The translations under genes were made by a program, and so were the position numbers. DNA of 60,909 nucleotides, filler included, from Sphacelaria rigidula (lineage: Eukaryota): assembly GCA_964200075.2 (NCBI GenBank). It is 4 parts of 4 records of this genome, joined end to end, with 100 filler letters (N's around TTAATTAATTAA, not from the genome) between each part and the next. Parts side by side here need not be neighbours in the genome. Positions count along the whole stretch, not along the records: positions 45,763 to 60,909 come from CAXNAA020001887.1; 3 more parts are not named here. One strand, given 5' to 3'. How positions within the stretch are numbered: position 1 is the stretch's first letter; each line of letters starts with the position of its first letter. The notes under the pieces were generated by a model. It made no database searches and had not been told where the DNA came from. It worked only from the letters and a program-made list of their open reading frames with translations. Shown here in pieces: positions 49,571 through 60,909 of the stretch.

Positions 49571-50294
49571 AACAAAAGATGTATATGTGAAAACTGGCTG
49601 CTGATTACCTGTATTCGAGCTGTCATCCTCGGTGATTTGTACGAGCATGAAGCATCAGAGAGTACGGTCGTAGTCGACTCCACTCGGGCATGGGTTCGCA
49701 AGCCCTTCGACTGAGATCTAAGGAGGGAACATCAAGAGAAATATCCAAGACGAAGTGAAACGGATTCTCGATCACGAGCTCCGATCTGTATGACCGCACC
49801 TCACATATTATTCCACGTCATGCTTCAACGGCATGTGTCGATACCACGTGCTGCCATGACCCAACAAACCCATGCCTGGACCATGCTGTTGGCCACTTCA
49901 CATATACGGTATCGGACCCCAATCCCCCCCCCCCCCGATTCGACCCCTTTGTCCCATCCCCTCCACCCACTCATGCGCGAAACCGTCAGCGGCGCAATGC
50001 TCGGGACAATAAGCATGGGCCCTCAACAGCACGTGAAATCTCCCTTGCGCTATCCTTGGGCGGACAAGGAGTGAGACGGGCAGCAAAGTAAACGGAGACA
50101 AAGCTACTACACAACAAAATTTGTTCTTACCGAACTTAGCTGCCCCGCCGCTGCCCTTTGATACCAATCCCACTTGCCCCGCTGCCGTCCTTCGATGTCG
50201 CCCCCCCACTTGTCCCGCAGTACGCGCACAAGCTGAAAACGGCCTCGCACAGGCAACGCGATAACAGAAAGCTAAGAAGAGGGGCACGCGAACC

Positions 50295-53200
50295 ATGTCC
50301 GCCCGCGCTGCCCACATCCGAGGCTGTCTGCTGTACTTCTTTTTGTTCTGCGCGTACGGCTCCATTCAGCCGTTTATGCCGTTAATTTGGCGCGGCAAGG
50401 GCCTTTCCGGTAGGTGTTGGGGGGTATTTGGGGTATTCTTTCCGCGGAAGGTGGGTGAAGGCAAAACTTGACACGGTCGAGCGTGGTTTCCCTGTGCGAG
50501 GGAGAGTCCGCGTTATTTTTCGAACCTGCGATCAGGAAAAACATTTCGCCCGAACGTTGTGTTTTCTTGCCCGCACTCTGAAACAATACATACGAGTCAC
50601 CCTCACCTGCATCTGAATGGGACACCCATTATGTGGCGGGGGGGAAGTTTGCGGGGCCGACCTCCGACAGATGCGATATTTGCTCGCAGAATCTGGTGTC
50701 CGTCGTTGGAAGCATATGGAGTCAGCTACGGTAGCAGAGAAAAAAAACGACGGGAGTTGACGGGTTGCGGTAGTGTTGATCCAATATTTCGACAATGAAA
50801 TGGACGGGGCGTGTTCCGGGCGAGAGAGAGTTTGATGGACTTTGAGATGGCGACTCTTCCCAGACGAAGGGAGGGGTGAAAGCATGGCAATAAGAGGAGG
50901 AGAATCTCGAAAGATACATACTCGTATGTATGCCTTACAAGTCCTTCCTCGTGCCACACTTCAACCCTGTATCATCGCTTGGTCGTCGTCCTCCGTATGT
51001 ACTCGGTATCCACGGTTGGATGTATGTTAGGATTGTTTTGTTTTTCTAGATCAAAATAAGAATAAAAAGGAGACCCTGTGCTCTTGCAATACAGATATCA
51101 AGTGAGAGTGGTCCCTCAGGGTTAATTCTGCCCACCGCTACATTAGTGTGCACGACATCAAATGCATCTAAACTTCTGGTGCGTATATCTCTAAGGGCGC
51201 ATTAACTGTTCTCAACTACGACAGTAGGTGGACTCCGTGCCGTGAGATGACACTGCTGCAAATTTTCCCGGCAGTCAACTAGCGTCGACGTCTGGTAGGT
51301 ACTGTGCACGCTGCGGATTTTTCTGTCCAGAAATACGACGTGAACATTCTTTGGTCGTTATACTTGGTTGGAATGAAAGTTCGACCTAAATTTGTGTTTG
51401 GAATAATGCTTGGAGAAAATACGTCCGACTAGGTTCTCCCCCCTGCCCCCCCTCCCGTGTGCTGCCTCATACATCCCGTACAACGCACAGAACATCAGAT
51501 TGGCGTTATTGGTTCCATCGTACCTCTTGCGAGCTTCTTCGCCACACCGATCCTGTGCTCGTTTGCGGACAGGCATCGAGTCCAGCGACAGGTAGCTAGA
51601 GTAAAGCACGGCTTCCTTCGTTGCCTCTGTACTGCTTCTAGGAGGGGCGTTCTCATGTGTTGCTTGCCTTGGTCGTTTGACCATTGACCACGCATCCCTT
51701 TCGAGACGGAGCGCTTCTAGGAGGGTTCTAGGCTTCTAGGAGGGGGGGGGGGTCACCTCGCCTGGGTTGGTACTCGTAGCGGTAGTTTCACCTGCGGTCG
51801 TGATCTCCCGGCGGGGGACGGATCCTCCGGTTGTTTTTTTATGCAGTAGTGCGATAATGGTAGCGACTGTGTTCTCAAAGCGTCTTGAAATCTGCTGGAC
51901 CGACCTACTGTACTGTATTTCACACGAGTAGTTTACGATAGCACTACTGCAAGATGGCGCATTCGTGTAGAGTTGACGCCTTCTGCGGGACCTGTCGTTG
52001 CCATTTTAACTCTGCTGCTGCTGATAGTGCTGGTGCATACCGGGCATGTACCGCCCTAGTTGGTACCACCTTCGCCGCACGGGGAGCATCGTTGAAGTGC
52101 GGTGCCGCGATGCCATTTTTGTTGGTTCTTCTTTATCGCCTGCTTCCCTTTAGTCTTGACTTTGAAATATTTCGATTGTGTGGTTTGGATATGAGGGTAG
52201 ACCGGGAATAAAACGAGCGGCGACACCCCTGAGAAGCTCTGTAGACTCGCTGTCAATAGCACGGTGCAAGTGAAAAAGTTGTTGAATAGAAGACGTCCTC
52301 GGCGGGTATAGCCGCTGACCCCTTGAAGACATGCCCAAGATCGAGTGGGTGTGGTATGTGTTTTCGTGGCATTGAGGAAGCGTCGATGGCAATGGCCCCC
52401 GGGGACATGTTTCCTTGAAACATCGGTCTGTGTTGTACTTGTATTCTTGTGTAGGGTAAGTTGTGTATGCTACTGCTTGCTAGTTCATAACCGTCACGTT
52501 GCATTCACCATCATCCTCAGATATATATACATCCCGTTTTTTTTGTTTTTCTCTGTTTTTTTCTCCTTCATGCATTCGCGTCGGCTGTAATGCTGTGCTG
52601 TCGCATGTGCAAACGACGACTTTGGCGCCGCAGATGCTGCTAGCTGCTCTGCTGAGTTATCCGCTGGCACGGTCGTCTGTGCTGATCGCCCAACGTTTCC
52701 TTGCGGTCTCAGCGGTGGAGATTGCCTCGGCCGTGTTGAAAAGCCCCATCGGGAGTCTTATTGACGCCTTCGTCATACACTCCGCGGGAACTGATGGGTA
52801 AGAGCGCATTCCTCGCCTTACAACGGAGAGTTACATGCAGGGTAAGGTTGCGTCCGCTGGGTTTGTTGCTTACGGGTACCCTCGAGTACGGTTTTGAAAA
52901 CCAAGGTCGATCGATTGACACCCTCTTTTGCCACTCTTGGCAGCGAGATGAAACGATTCGGACCGCAATATGAGCTCCACTCAGCGTACCGAGGTATGGT
53001 GAACCGTGAATCGAAACACATTCTAGGGCAATTCATTGATTGAATGAACCCCATTTTGTTTAGTTTTTTTCCTCTCGTCAGTTCACTCGAGGACTCGTTT
53101 TATTTATCCGAGGACTCGTTTTGTCCCCACGAATAATCGCCGGTATTTCGCCTTTCAAGACGAGGACTCATGCGAATGCAGTGGTACACGTGGAGCAGGG

Positions 53201-56200
53201 TCCGGCTCACCTCGTGCTCGGCAGGTGGAAGCTGCCGTTTTTGGTTCATCATGAGGTCAATTTCGTGTCCTGAAAGAAGGAACACAAAAAAGCTGCGGGT
53301 ATACGAAGGGGCATCGGAGGAATAATGAATCACGGTGTCTTGAACCCTTGGGGATCAGACCTCCCGTTCGGAGTAAAAGCTGTGGTTGATGTTCGACACA
53401 CCACCGGTAACCCCGGCGCTACAGCTGACTGGCATGTTTCTGCTTACGGACACCACCCCAAAGAACGAGTGAAACCGTCTATTCCGGCCTGCCCAAGTCG
53501 TGGCTTGTGAGCATTGGTCAACCAAAGGCAGTTCGTTCGACATAAACTTCCCAGTCGGTGGGGCGCCTGGCGTTCAGGAGCTTAATCGCTTATAATCAAG
53601 TCACAAAATGTGTTGGAGCATCGACGCACCAAAAAATCAGTGCTAATACACTGGAGTACGGTGCGAGTAGTACTGTAGCATTCAATCGACGTCGTGACCG
53701 ACCGACAGTTGCAGCGCAGTGCAGGGACCCCGGACATATATTTTCCTTGGAAACGTTGCAACCCCCGCCCACCCCCCGGCCTCCTCTCCCTCTTTGCCTT
53801 CACCCTGAGAGCCTCCCCCAAAACACTGAAAGCAGTTTCTGAATAAAATAAAACTTACCCTGAATAATGCTCGACTGCCCAACCGGTCTGCTCCAGGTAC
53901 GGCAACCAGAGGTTGTGGGGTGCCGTCGGCTTCGGGGTGGCCACGTTGGTTGGAGGCACCGTGTCGGACGTTAGCGGCGGCGGGTTCGGTGGAGTGATGC
54001 TCGTCTTTGTTGCGATGATTGCGATATCGATCCCCCTCATGAGAGGGCTCGCCGTGGGAAGAGATGAAAAGGGTCATGACCACCGGGCGAGCGATGCTGA
54101 GCCCAAAAGGTGAGGTGTTCTTCGTAGAAAAGGGTGCTGTTGCGGGTCGGTCGGACTATTTCTTGGTGTTGCTGGCGTGGGGAATCCCCTTCCTCGCACG
54201 AGACTAGACGGTCACTTGAACGACGGTTCGTTCAAATAGTCTCGTGCCTACTACCCCTTGTCCTGTAATGAGACATGGTTCTGATATTTCCACGCCCCGA
54301 ACTATGCAGTGTGACATATATACTACTGCCTGTGTTGTGTGTGTGTGTTGTCGTCCCATCTATTCTGGACGCCGGTCTACACCTTCCGGTATATGTGGGC
54401 GCACCAGCCGGGGTCACTGCCTACACAGTATTTTGACGCGTCAGTTGCGCAAATAAATAATTCCGAAGTATTTATTAGCCGAACAATATGTGGCACAATA
54501 GGACGGCATATATATATGTATATATATTGCTCCATCAATACATGGTGCATATCGTGATATGTAATAGGTATTGGTGCATGAATATGTCAGGCCACAAGAC
54601 CCTCGATATCCATTGTTGGCTCAACATGTTCCTTCAGGAAGTCACCAGTATACATATTGTCGACCAACAAAACACATCGTGGGCCGAGGGATACCGCGAT
54701 AGCCCTCCCCCCCCCCCGCCCCCAAAGGGATGCGTGGTCAATGGTCAAACGACCAAGGCAAGCAACAAATGAGTACGCACCCCCCCGCCCCCAAAGGCCG
54801 AAAAAAACTGTCACAAAGGCATGGGCACACATCACATCGAGATGGATGCTGGCTTCAGAATCCAGGGCTCGGAATATACTATGAAGGATGCAAATTACTG
54901 GTTTTGAAAACCAGGTCTCGAAACTTATTTGAAGAATGCAGACATGGTTTGTTACAGAATCCAGGTCTGAACACCTCACAAATATAATTTTGCCCCGGTC
55001 TCCATTACACTTTCCTGGGGGAGCTACCGCGACATCGCTGTGCTGTACCAAACGAGGCGGTATATACCGACCGCCCAACATACCCAACACTATAAGCGGC
55101 GTATACATATCCATTGGGCATACAATACTAGAGCGGGACAAACGTCGTAGTATGTGTTGTCGAGCAATATATCGTCGGGGGTTCAATATGTACATCGGAA
55201 ATTGTACGAAAAATGGTATGGGGTGCACCGATAGGATCGTCGGCGCCGCTTGACATTACATTAGCAAATGCTGAAGACGTCCAATCAACAATGTGCATGA
55301 CCACAAACGTGTTCGATTTATGTATTGGCCGTACAACACACCAAAGCGATGAGCGCGCCAAATATATAAATACACACACATATATATATGTATATATACA
55401 TATACATATACTATATATACATATACATGTATATGGGAGCAGTGAGTTTAATATGTTCGCCTTCGATGTATGTATATATATATACATATATAGCATGAAA
55501 ATATACCATGCGTCCATTGGACTTGATATTCGTTGGCCTGCAGATATATCCAGGGCGAGGGTGGACAGCATGTATCGCATCACGTTGTTCCGGGGCGATC
55601 CCATGCTCACCCCATGTTGCATGGATTCGATCCACGACGACGACATGATGAACGCATAAATATTGCCGCAACAACATTCCCGTAAAGAGCGTATGCAGAA
55701 TGTCTCGTCGGGGCAACGCGTGAACCTTGTCCAATATAAAGTACCCATGTTGTGTATATCGGAACATATTCCGTCGGTTGGGGTGTAAGCAGCGCCCCTC
55801 CCCTCCCTCGGCTTGAAGCACGCATCCTGAATGCGTGTGTCATAAAAGAGGAAGACAACTTCACCAGCGATAAATACAACCGGCGGAATCAATTTGTCCA
55901 TATTCTCTTGGTGTGCGCGGTTGGCGCCAGGGAATTCTCTCAGTGTGGAACGATAAAATGCGGCGGATGATGTTACCGACAAGCGGTAAGATATCACCCC
56001 CACGTCGAGGTTCTTGAAACAGAGTGATCATCATCATATACCGCGCCGGATACAGCACCCGACAGCCGTTCTTATCGTTGTCAACTCACGGATTCAGTGT
56101 GCTCCATCATTCTGTGTCAACCAGCTACCCACTACAGACAGTAGTAAAGCAGCGTTATCTGAGGACGAACGTGTCAGCTCAAACTGATCGTTCATGATAA

Positions 56201-59200
56201 AGAATATACATTACAACAAACTACCATGATGCAATGGCGACTACTCGCCGACAACCGACCGCACTAACGCTACCACCGGAGCAGCATACCTCGTACTGTG
56301 GTAAATGATGACCACCTCAGAAAGTACCACATGTCTAGCTTGGGTGTCTAAGACGTACCAGGGCATTTGTTGAAATGTCGGACACGTATTCTCAATAGCG
56401 AGGGTGACACGTCAAATTCGTTTGACTTTTTTTAGCGATTGCTGTGCCAGTACCCTCCTCGCTCTCGCGGCGACGCCAAAAACTTCGTTTCGGACCTTTC
56501 CCGAGCGCAAGCGAAGAACCCACTGAATGTGAATGACGTGGGCCTATGAGATCGGGTTTCCGCGATTCCGCCGCTCATTCCCGGCAGATTCTTCTTTTAC
56601 ATGCCCCTGACGCCGCCGCGCCCCGGTGGTGAAATGGTTCGACTGTCGCAATTAGGGTGGAGAGAACGAGGGCTCGATTCCCGATGTTTTTTTTTTCCTT
56701 CTTCGTACTATGTGATTTTCACCGTGGAAAGCGTGAGAACGTGAGCAAACAAAGTAGTCGACTGAGTTTGTTGGACGTGAGTTGACGCGGTGGGGGAGCG
56801 CTGACCCAATCCGCGAGGCCCAAAATGCAAGACGTGTACCGGGGAGAGATGAGTTGATCCCTTGAGACTGTTAGACCACGGACTCGTCCCGAGGAAGGGA
56901 AGGGGTGTTATTCAAAGTGCGCAAAATAAAATAAAAAGGAGCACGACGGCTGAGGTATTCGGAAGGAACATCGAACCCCTCCCTCCACCCCCAAGAAAGA
57001 AAGGATTCGCGCAAGGGTGTGTTTTCGACTGAAGATTACACAAGCGGGGGGAACAACCGCACACACACACACACATAAGTGGGAGAACGCGTTTAATGTT
57101 GTCGAGACAGCTATTCCCCCGAAACCGCGACGCACAATCACGCTTGCCCCCATACTTTGTTAGGAGTAGTCCTCATGCGGTCCGCTATATTTCGGTCAAG
57201 CGATATGTTTTCGCCCACGCGGTCCCCTATATATTGGTCGGGGGATGTGTTTTTGCGCACGTGGTCTGCTATATATTGGTCAGGCAATAATTTGTGGCCC
57301 GCGCGGTCCAACATGTATTGGTCGGGCGGTATGTTTGCAGTTCTGCCGCATCAATATTCAGTAGATATAACATTCTGTCGAGCAACATGTCCCGCGCACG
57401 ACATGAACAATAAATATGCATATTTCGTGGTGAAAATACCGTGACGTAATCCAATATGTTGACCCAATGAATGTATGGTTATGTGTTGGAGACATATTAT
57501 GTAGTCTAGGATGTGAAATTTTAAAATTGGCAGCGCAAGATATTCGGATACTGCGGGAAGTAGAGCGGCCAACGGCGGGGAGTACCTCCATGTTGTGCTT
57601 CTTCGGGTAGGGTACCTGTATGTGTCTATGCTGAGGCATGGACTCAGGTCGACGATGAGATGTAGAAGAGCTAGAATTTCGCGAGGATCTTGTTTTCGCT
57701 TGTTGACTGCAACAAAATCATTCTTCACAGTCGATCCTACCAAGAGGGAGGGGCAGCAATAAAGGGTACGGTAAACGAAAATTGCCCTCACGGATCATTT
57801 CTTACGAAGTATTTTTTTTCCCTTCTGATCTTGCTTCCTGTTTTTCGCCTTGATGTCGTACTTGCCATGTGCGCGCGCGCGCGTGTGTGTGTGCGTTTTT
57901 TTTTTACGGTATTGTGGGAATCTCTTCAGCATTAATGGAGGATACAGGACCGTGGCAGTTGATGATGATGGCAATGACGGTGATACGGCGAGCGACGACC
58001 ACCGACAGCGCGGAGGTCTTGTCTCGGACAGCGTTGAGGGTACGGCTCGTCAAAGCTCTAGCGTAATTTATTATTTTGTCTCACGTCACCCGGGAGCTTG
58101 TTTTCCCCTCAGGGTTAGTCAAGCTGTGAATTTTACAGTCGCCGAGATTCTGTCGTTGGTGGCAACAGTTATAATTATAATAGGAGGGTTGAAAGCAGGT
58201 GTCGACAAGAGGAGTTATCCCACGAGAGGGTTGTTGCCGCAACGAGATGCCGCCGCCAAAACCATACCCCATGATCTGTTTTGCGCTGAGTGCAAATGCG
58301 CCCAAAACGTTCACTTGACAGAACGGCTCCGCACGCCCATTCCCCCCCCTGCACGCTTCCATTGCTTACTCACACAAAGACAATACTAGCAGCGCCGAGC
58401 ATCGACAAGAGGTACAGCGACATGACGATGTAGCGGGCGCCGAGAGGGCGGGGGGGGACGGAGAAAAGGCGGGAGGCGGAGTGGTTTCTGCTTTGAAAAT
58501 AATGCTCGGCTCTCGAGAGAGCGCGTCGTTTTTCGGAGCCGTTGGCCTGAGTGGGATGGGTGCGGGCGTCATCGACACGTTCCTTTTCATCAGGTGTGAT
58601 GTTTCGTCAGCCGCTCCATTCGATGTGATCTCACGTTCTCGTCGGAGGCGTGATGTGCCTTTTCGTGAGGCGTGATGTTCCCGTCCGTCTTGTTATCGTT
58701 CTTTCTTATCCAGAGTGCTTGATGTGATTCACCGAGTACGCTACCGTACATGGATGATTTTTCTTCACTTCTTCTACTTTCTTGTGTACGGTTGATTGGT
58801 TGTGATCAGGCGACTCCACCGAGGCCGATGTGCGTCACTGGTAAGGTTTGTTGACGTATTTCAGGTTTATCGCGAGGATCATGTTGGTTTTGCCGTTTCC
58901 GCCTTGTCTGCCGAGATAAGAGTGATGTTTTCCGCGGAGTAGGCAAACAAATCACATCTACCGCTATCTACCGTGTTCCGCGCGTTCCTCTCATGACCCT
59001 CTCTATTTCTGTTTGCATGTCCGTATTGTCTATCTTATCAAGCGAACTTCCGAACCCACCCCGCCAATCGCTGTGCCGTTTATAACGAAAAATCTGTCAC
59101 CATTTCTGAACACACGAAGGGTGGAGGAGCTGGGAGGGTCCCACGTATTGTGCGGCACAGCAAGGTTGATCATGTGTCTCGCCGAGGTTCCGTTTTTCTA

Positions 59201-59932
59201 CCTGTCTGGACCGCTGATCAGAAAGATTGGCGTGAGATGGGTCATCGCCTTGACCGAGGTGGCCTACCTTGTCAGGTTCATCTATTATTCGGTGAGTTTA
59301 CGTCGTCGTTCGTGGACTGCACCTCGAGTTTGTATACTTCCTGCTCTCCTCTGTGCGTCTGTGTGTTGTTCATCAACGTGGTGGCTGTACTTGAACCGCA
59401 GCCATGTCTTTCGTCTGCTTCGCGGATTTCTCAAGCCATTTCGGCTAATTCATGGGTTTGAGAACCACCACACTGTAGCCAAGTGATTGTGACCGACCAT
59501 GCTTGGTCCAAGTAATCGTCGGGACTATACTAACTTCAAGTCATTTGAGCCCGGGTATTCTAAACTAAAAAAAGTAGAATCTTGAAGAGTCGACTTTGTC
59601 TGCGAGTCATGTGGCTGAGCTCCCGCTCCGTGCATCGATCCTGTGTGGTCTGTATAGCACGCTGTGTATTGCGCGGTTGATGAGCTGGCTATTATACTCT
59701 GTTGAGCATTTTCTGCTGCTGCTGCTGCTGCTATTGTTGTTGTTGTTGTTGTTGTTGTTGTGGCTGTGGTCGTTGCTGATGTTGTTGCTGTCGTCCTCAT
59801 CGTCGTCGTCGATGCTTCTCTCTCAGAATTTGGAGAGACCATGGTGGGTTCTTCCGGTGGAGGTGCTGCACGGATTGACGTTTGCCGCCATGTGGGCAGC
59901 AACAACAGACTACGCCTACCAAATCTCGCCAG
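50295..59932 (+). CDS. Major facilitator superfamily transporter (MFS_1-like / MFSD6-like), 3'-incomplete
   Basis: Phase-consistent exons: 50295..50409 (MSARAAHIRGCLLYFFLFCAYGSIQPFMPLIWRGKGLS), 51491..51591 (EHQIGVIGSIVPLASFFATPILCSFADRHRVQRQ), 52634..52797 (...SPIGSLIDAFVI...), 53897..54109 (YGNQRLWGAVGFG...). Possible loop exons 57930..58039 and 58183..58288. Then 58390..58593 (...GMGAGVIDTFLFIR), 59120..59291 (LGGS..LCG...AEVPFFYLSGPLIRKIG...RFIYYS) and 59827..59932 (PWWVLPVEVLHGLTFAAMWAA). The last helices lie beyond the window. Confidence 0.9.
51647..51701 (+). repeat. 55-bp repeat in MFS intron 2 (inverted partner at 54724-54778)
   Basis: 53/55 identity to the reverse complement of 54724-54778. 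Confidence 0.85.
54335..54415 (-). mobile_element. SINE family 1 3'-end fragment with (TG)n tail
   Basis: gtgtgtgttgtcgtcccatctattctggacgccggtctacaccttccggtatatgtgggcgcaccagccggggtcac is nearly identical to the reverse complement of 11122-11198. Confidence 0.8.
54724..54778 (-). repeat. 55-bp repeat in MFS intron 4 (inverted partner of 51647-51701)
   Basis: aaagggatgcgtggtcaatggtcaaacgaccaaggcaagcaaca is an exact reverse complement over 44 bp. Confidence 0.85.
55530..56300 (-). mobile_element. Highly degenerate Gypsy RT/RNase H relic in MFS intron 4
   Basis: The minus frame shows an RNase H-like order of motifs: VVFLFYD.RIQDAC..GRGAAYT...LYWTRFT...W......G.PRNNVMRYMLS (cf. VLAFPD..F.LQTDAS..GLGAVL..YL.GR.FT..W..G..N.VAD.LS). 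Weak, by eye only. Confidence 0.3.
56612..56935 (+). mobile_element. tRNA-derived SINE family 2, copy B
   Basis: A-box-like TGGTGAAATGG and B-box-like GGCTCGATTCCC; 3' part shared with 49243-49570; A-rich tail aaaataaaataaaaa. Confidence 0.6.
57174..57340. repeat. ~41-bp minisatellite, 4 units
   Basis: cacgcggtcc.ctatatattggtc.ggcgatatgtttt-like unit repeated four times. Confidence 0.7.
59714..59812. repeat. Compound microsatellite (GCT)n(GTT)n(GTC)n upstream of an MFS splice acceptor
   Basis: Directly visible trinucleotide runs ending ~15 nt before cag|59827. Confidence 0.85.
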
Positions 59933-60811
59933 GTGAAAAATTCCGGCGAGAGCGTTCGCAGATGGCTACTCGGAAAGATCTTGACAATACTACGCATTCA
60001 GCAGCAGTTGGGACACTCTAGTGACAAACATCGATTGCATTAAACCGCACAGGGTGGGACAGACGCGACATGAAGGGACTTCTGTCTATTCGTTTCAGCA
60101 CTGCCTCATTTTGAATGCTGGCCTCGCGCGAGGTGTTTTAGATCCTCAACATAGGTAGCCACGGTTATGTGAAAGGGTGGACCTGCGTTTCTTTTGCTGT
60201 AGCCACGCCACACAGGCGACGTTCCCACGGTAGACAGATGTGTATTGCTCTCCGAATGGAACAACCCGAAAGCCCTGCACCCCCTTAGTCCGACGACCTC
60301 ACTATATGCATGCATAAGATCCTCGAGAATGCAATCCCCTTCGAACAGTGCGTGAACCCGGGCTGCGAACCGGTATCCAGGCCTTAGAAGCAAGAAATCT
60401 TCTCAAAGAGCACGAGCGGCCAGGCCAGGACATAATGGTGGTTATCGTGAGCGTACTCCATGCTGTCCAGGCTTGAGTGCCCTCGCCCTCGAGTCCTTTA
60501 CGCGTTTGAACGTATGCAGCATGCCTTGAAGCAAAAGAAAGTTGTCGTTACGCAGACCATAAAACATCAACAACCGACCTCGGAGCAGGCCTAATATTTG
60601 TGACAAGGCTATCGCCGACTGTCTCCCAAAAGCCGGTATCCCTGACGCTCTAGCTGAAAAAAATCTCTATCTGCAAATACCACTCTGGAGGATGACAACA
60701 ACATGCCGTTTGTTTCGTGCTACCAAACCCTTGGTTTCTGCGTATTGTTTCACTAAAGCACTTATTTATGTTGCCCTGAATGGTTGAGGAATAGTCGATT
60801 TCTCGCATCGC

Positions 60812-60843
<32 letters not shown>

Positions 60844-60909
60844 ACCCCACCCCCAACACAAAACAAAGACAACACGCACAACCGCCCCACAACCACACCC
60901 ACCAACGCC

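Overview
Eukaryotic, intron-rich, repeat-rich DNA. It is most consistent with a stramenopile, probably a brown alga; that is an inference from gene structure and repeat style, not a database hit. The window is almost certainly four unlinked contigs (15156, 15154, 15152 and 15147 bp, in descending size) joined by artificial 100-bp N44-TTAATTAATTAA-N44 spacers, so adjacency across spacers carries no biological meaning. Contig 1 holds a large coiled-coil gene with an MPHOSPH9/enkurin-like C-terminus (+). It also holds a small TM + coiled-coil gene (-, two exons, 5.1-kb intron carrying two tRNA-derived SINEs), head-to-head with the first two exons of a class I SAM methyltransferase (+). Contig 2 holds V-ATPase proteolipid c'' (VMA16/ATP6V0B; two exons, 7.65-kb intron with PHD-like relics), a 257-bp MITE and a 36-bp perfect-palindrome element with an 8-bp TSD. 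Contig 3 holds two tandem copies of a Ty3/Gypsy retrotransposon that appear to share one central ~1.66-kb LTR. This element is the most unusual object here. Gag has an RS-rich tract and a CCCH (not CCHC) zinc finger, and gag and pro are in frame across a TGA followed by a strong hairpin (candidate readthrough). RT has WLDD instead of YxDD, the integrase ends in a chromodomain-like module plus a PTM/DIR17-type Tudor-like domain, and the LTR right end is reiterated as a 21-bp array. Contig 4 holds an MFSD6-like MFS transporter (at least 7 exons, 3'-incomplete), a second SINE family and degenerate retroelement relics.
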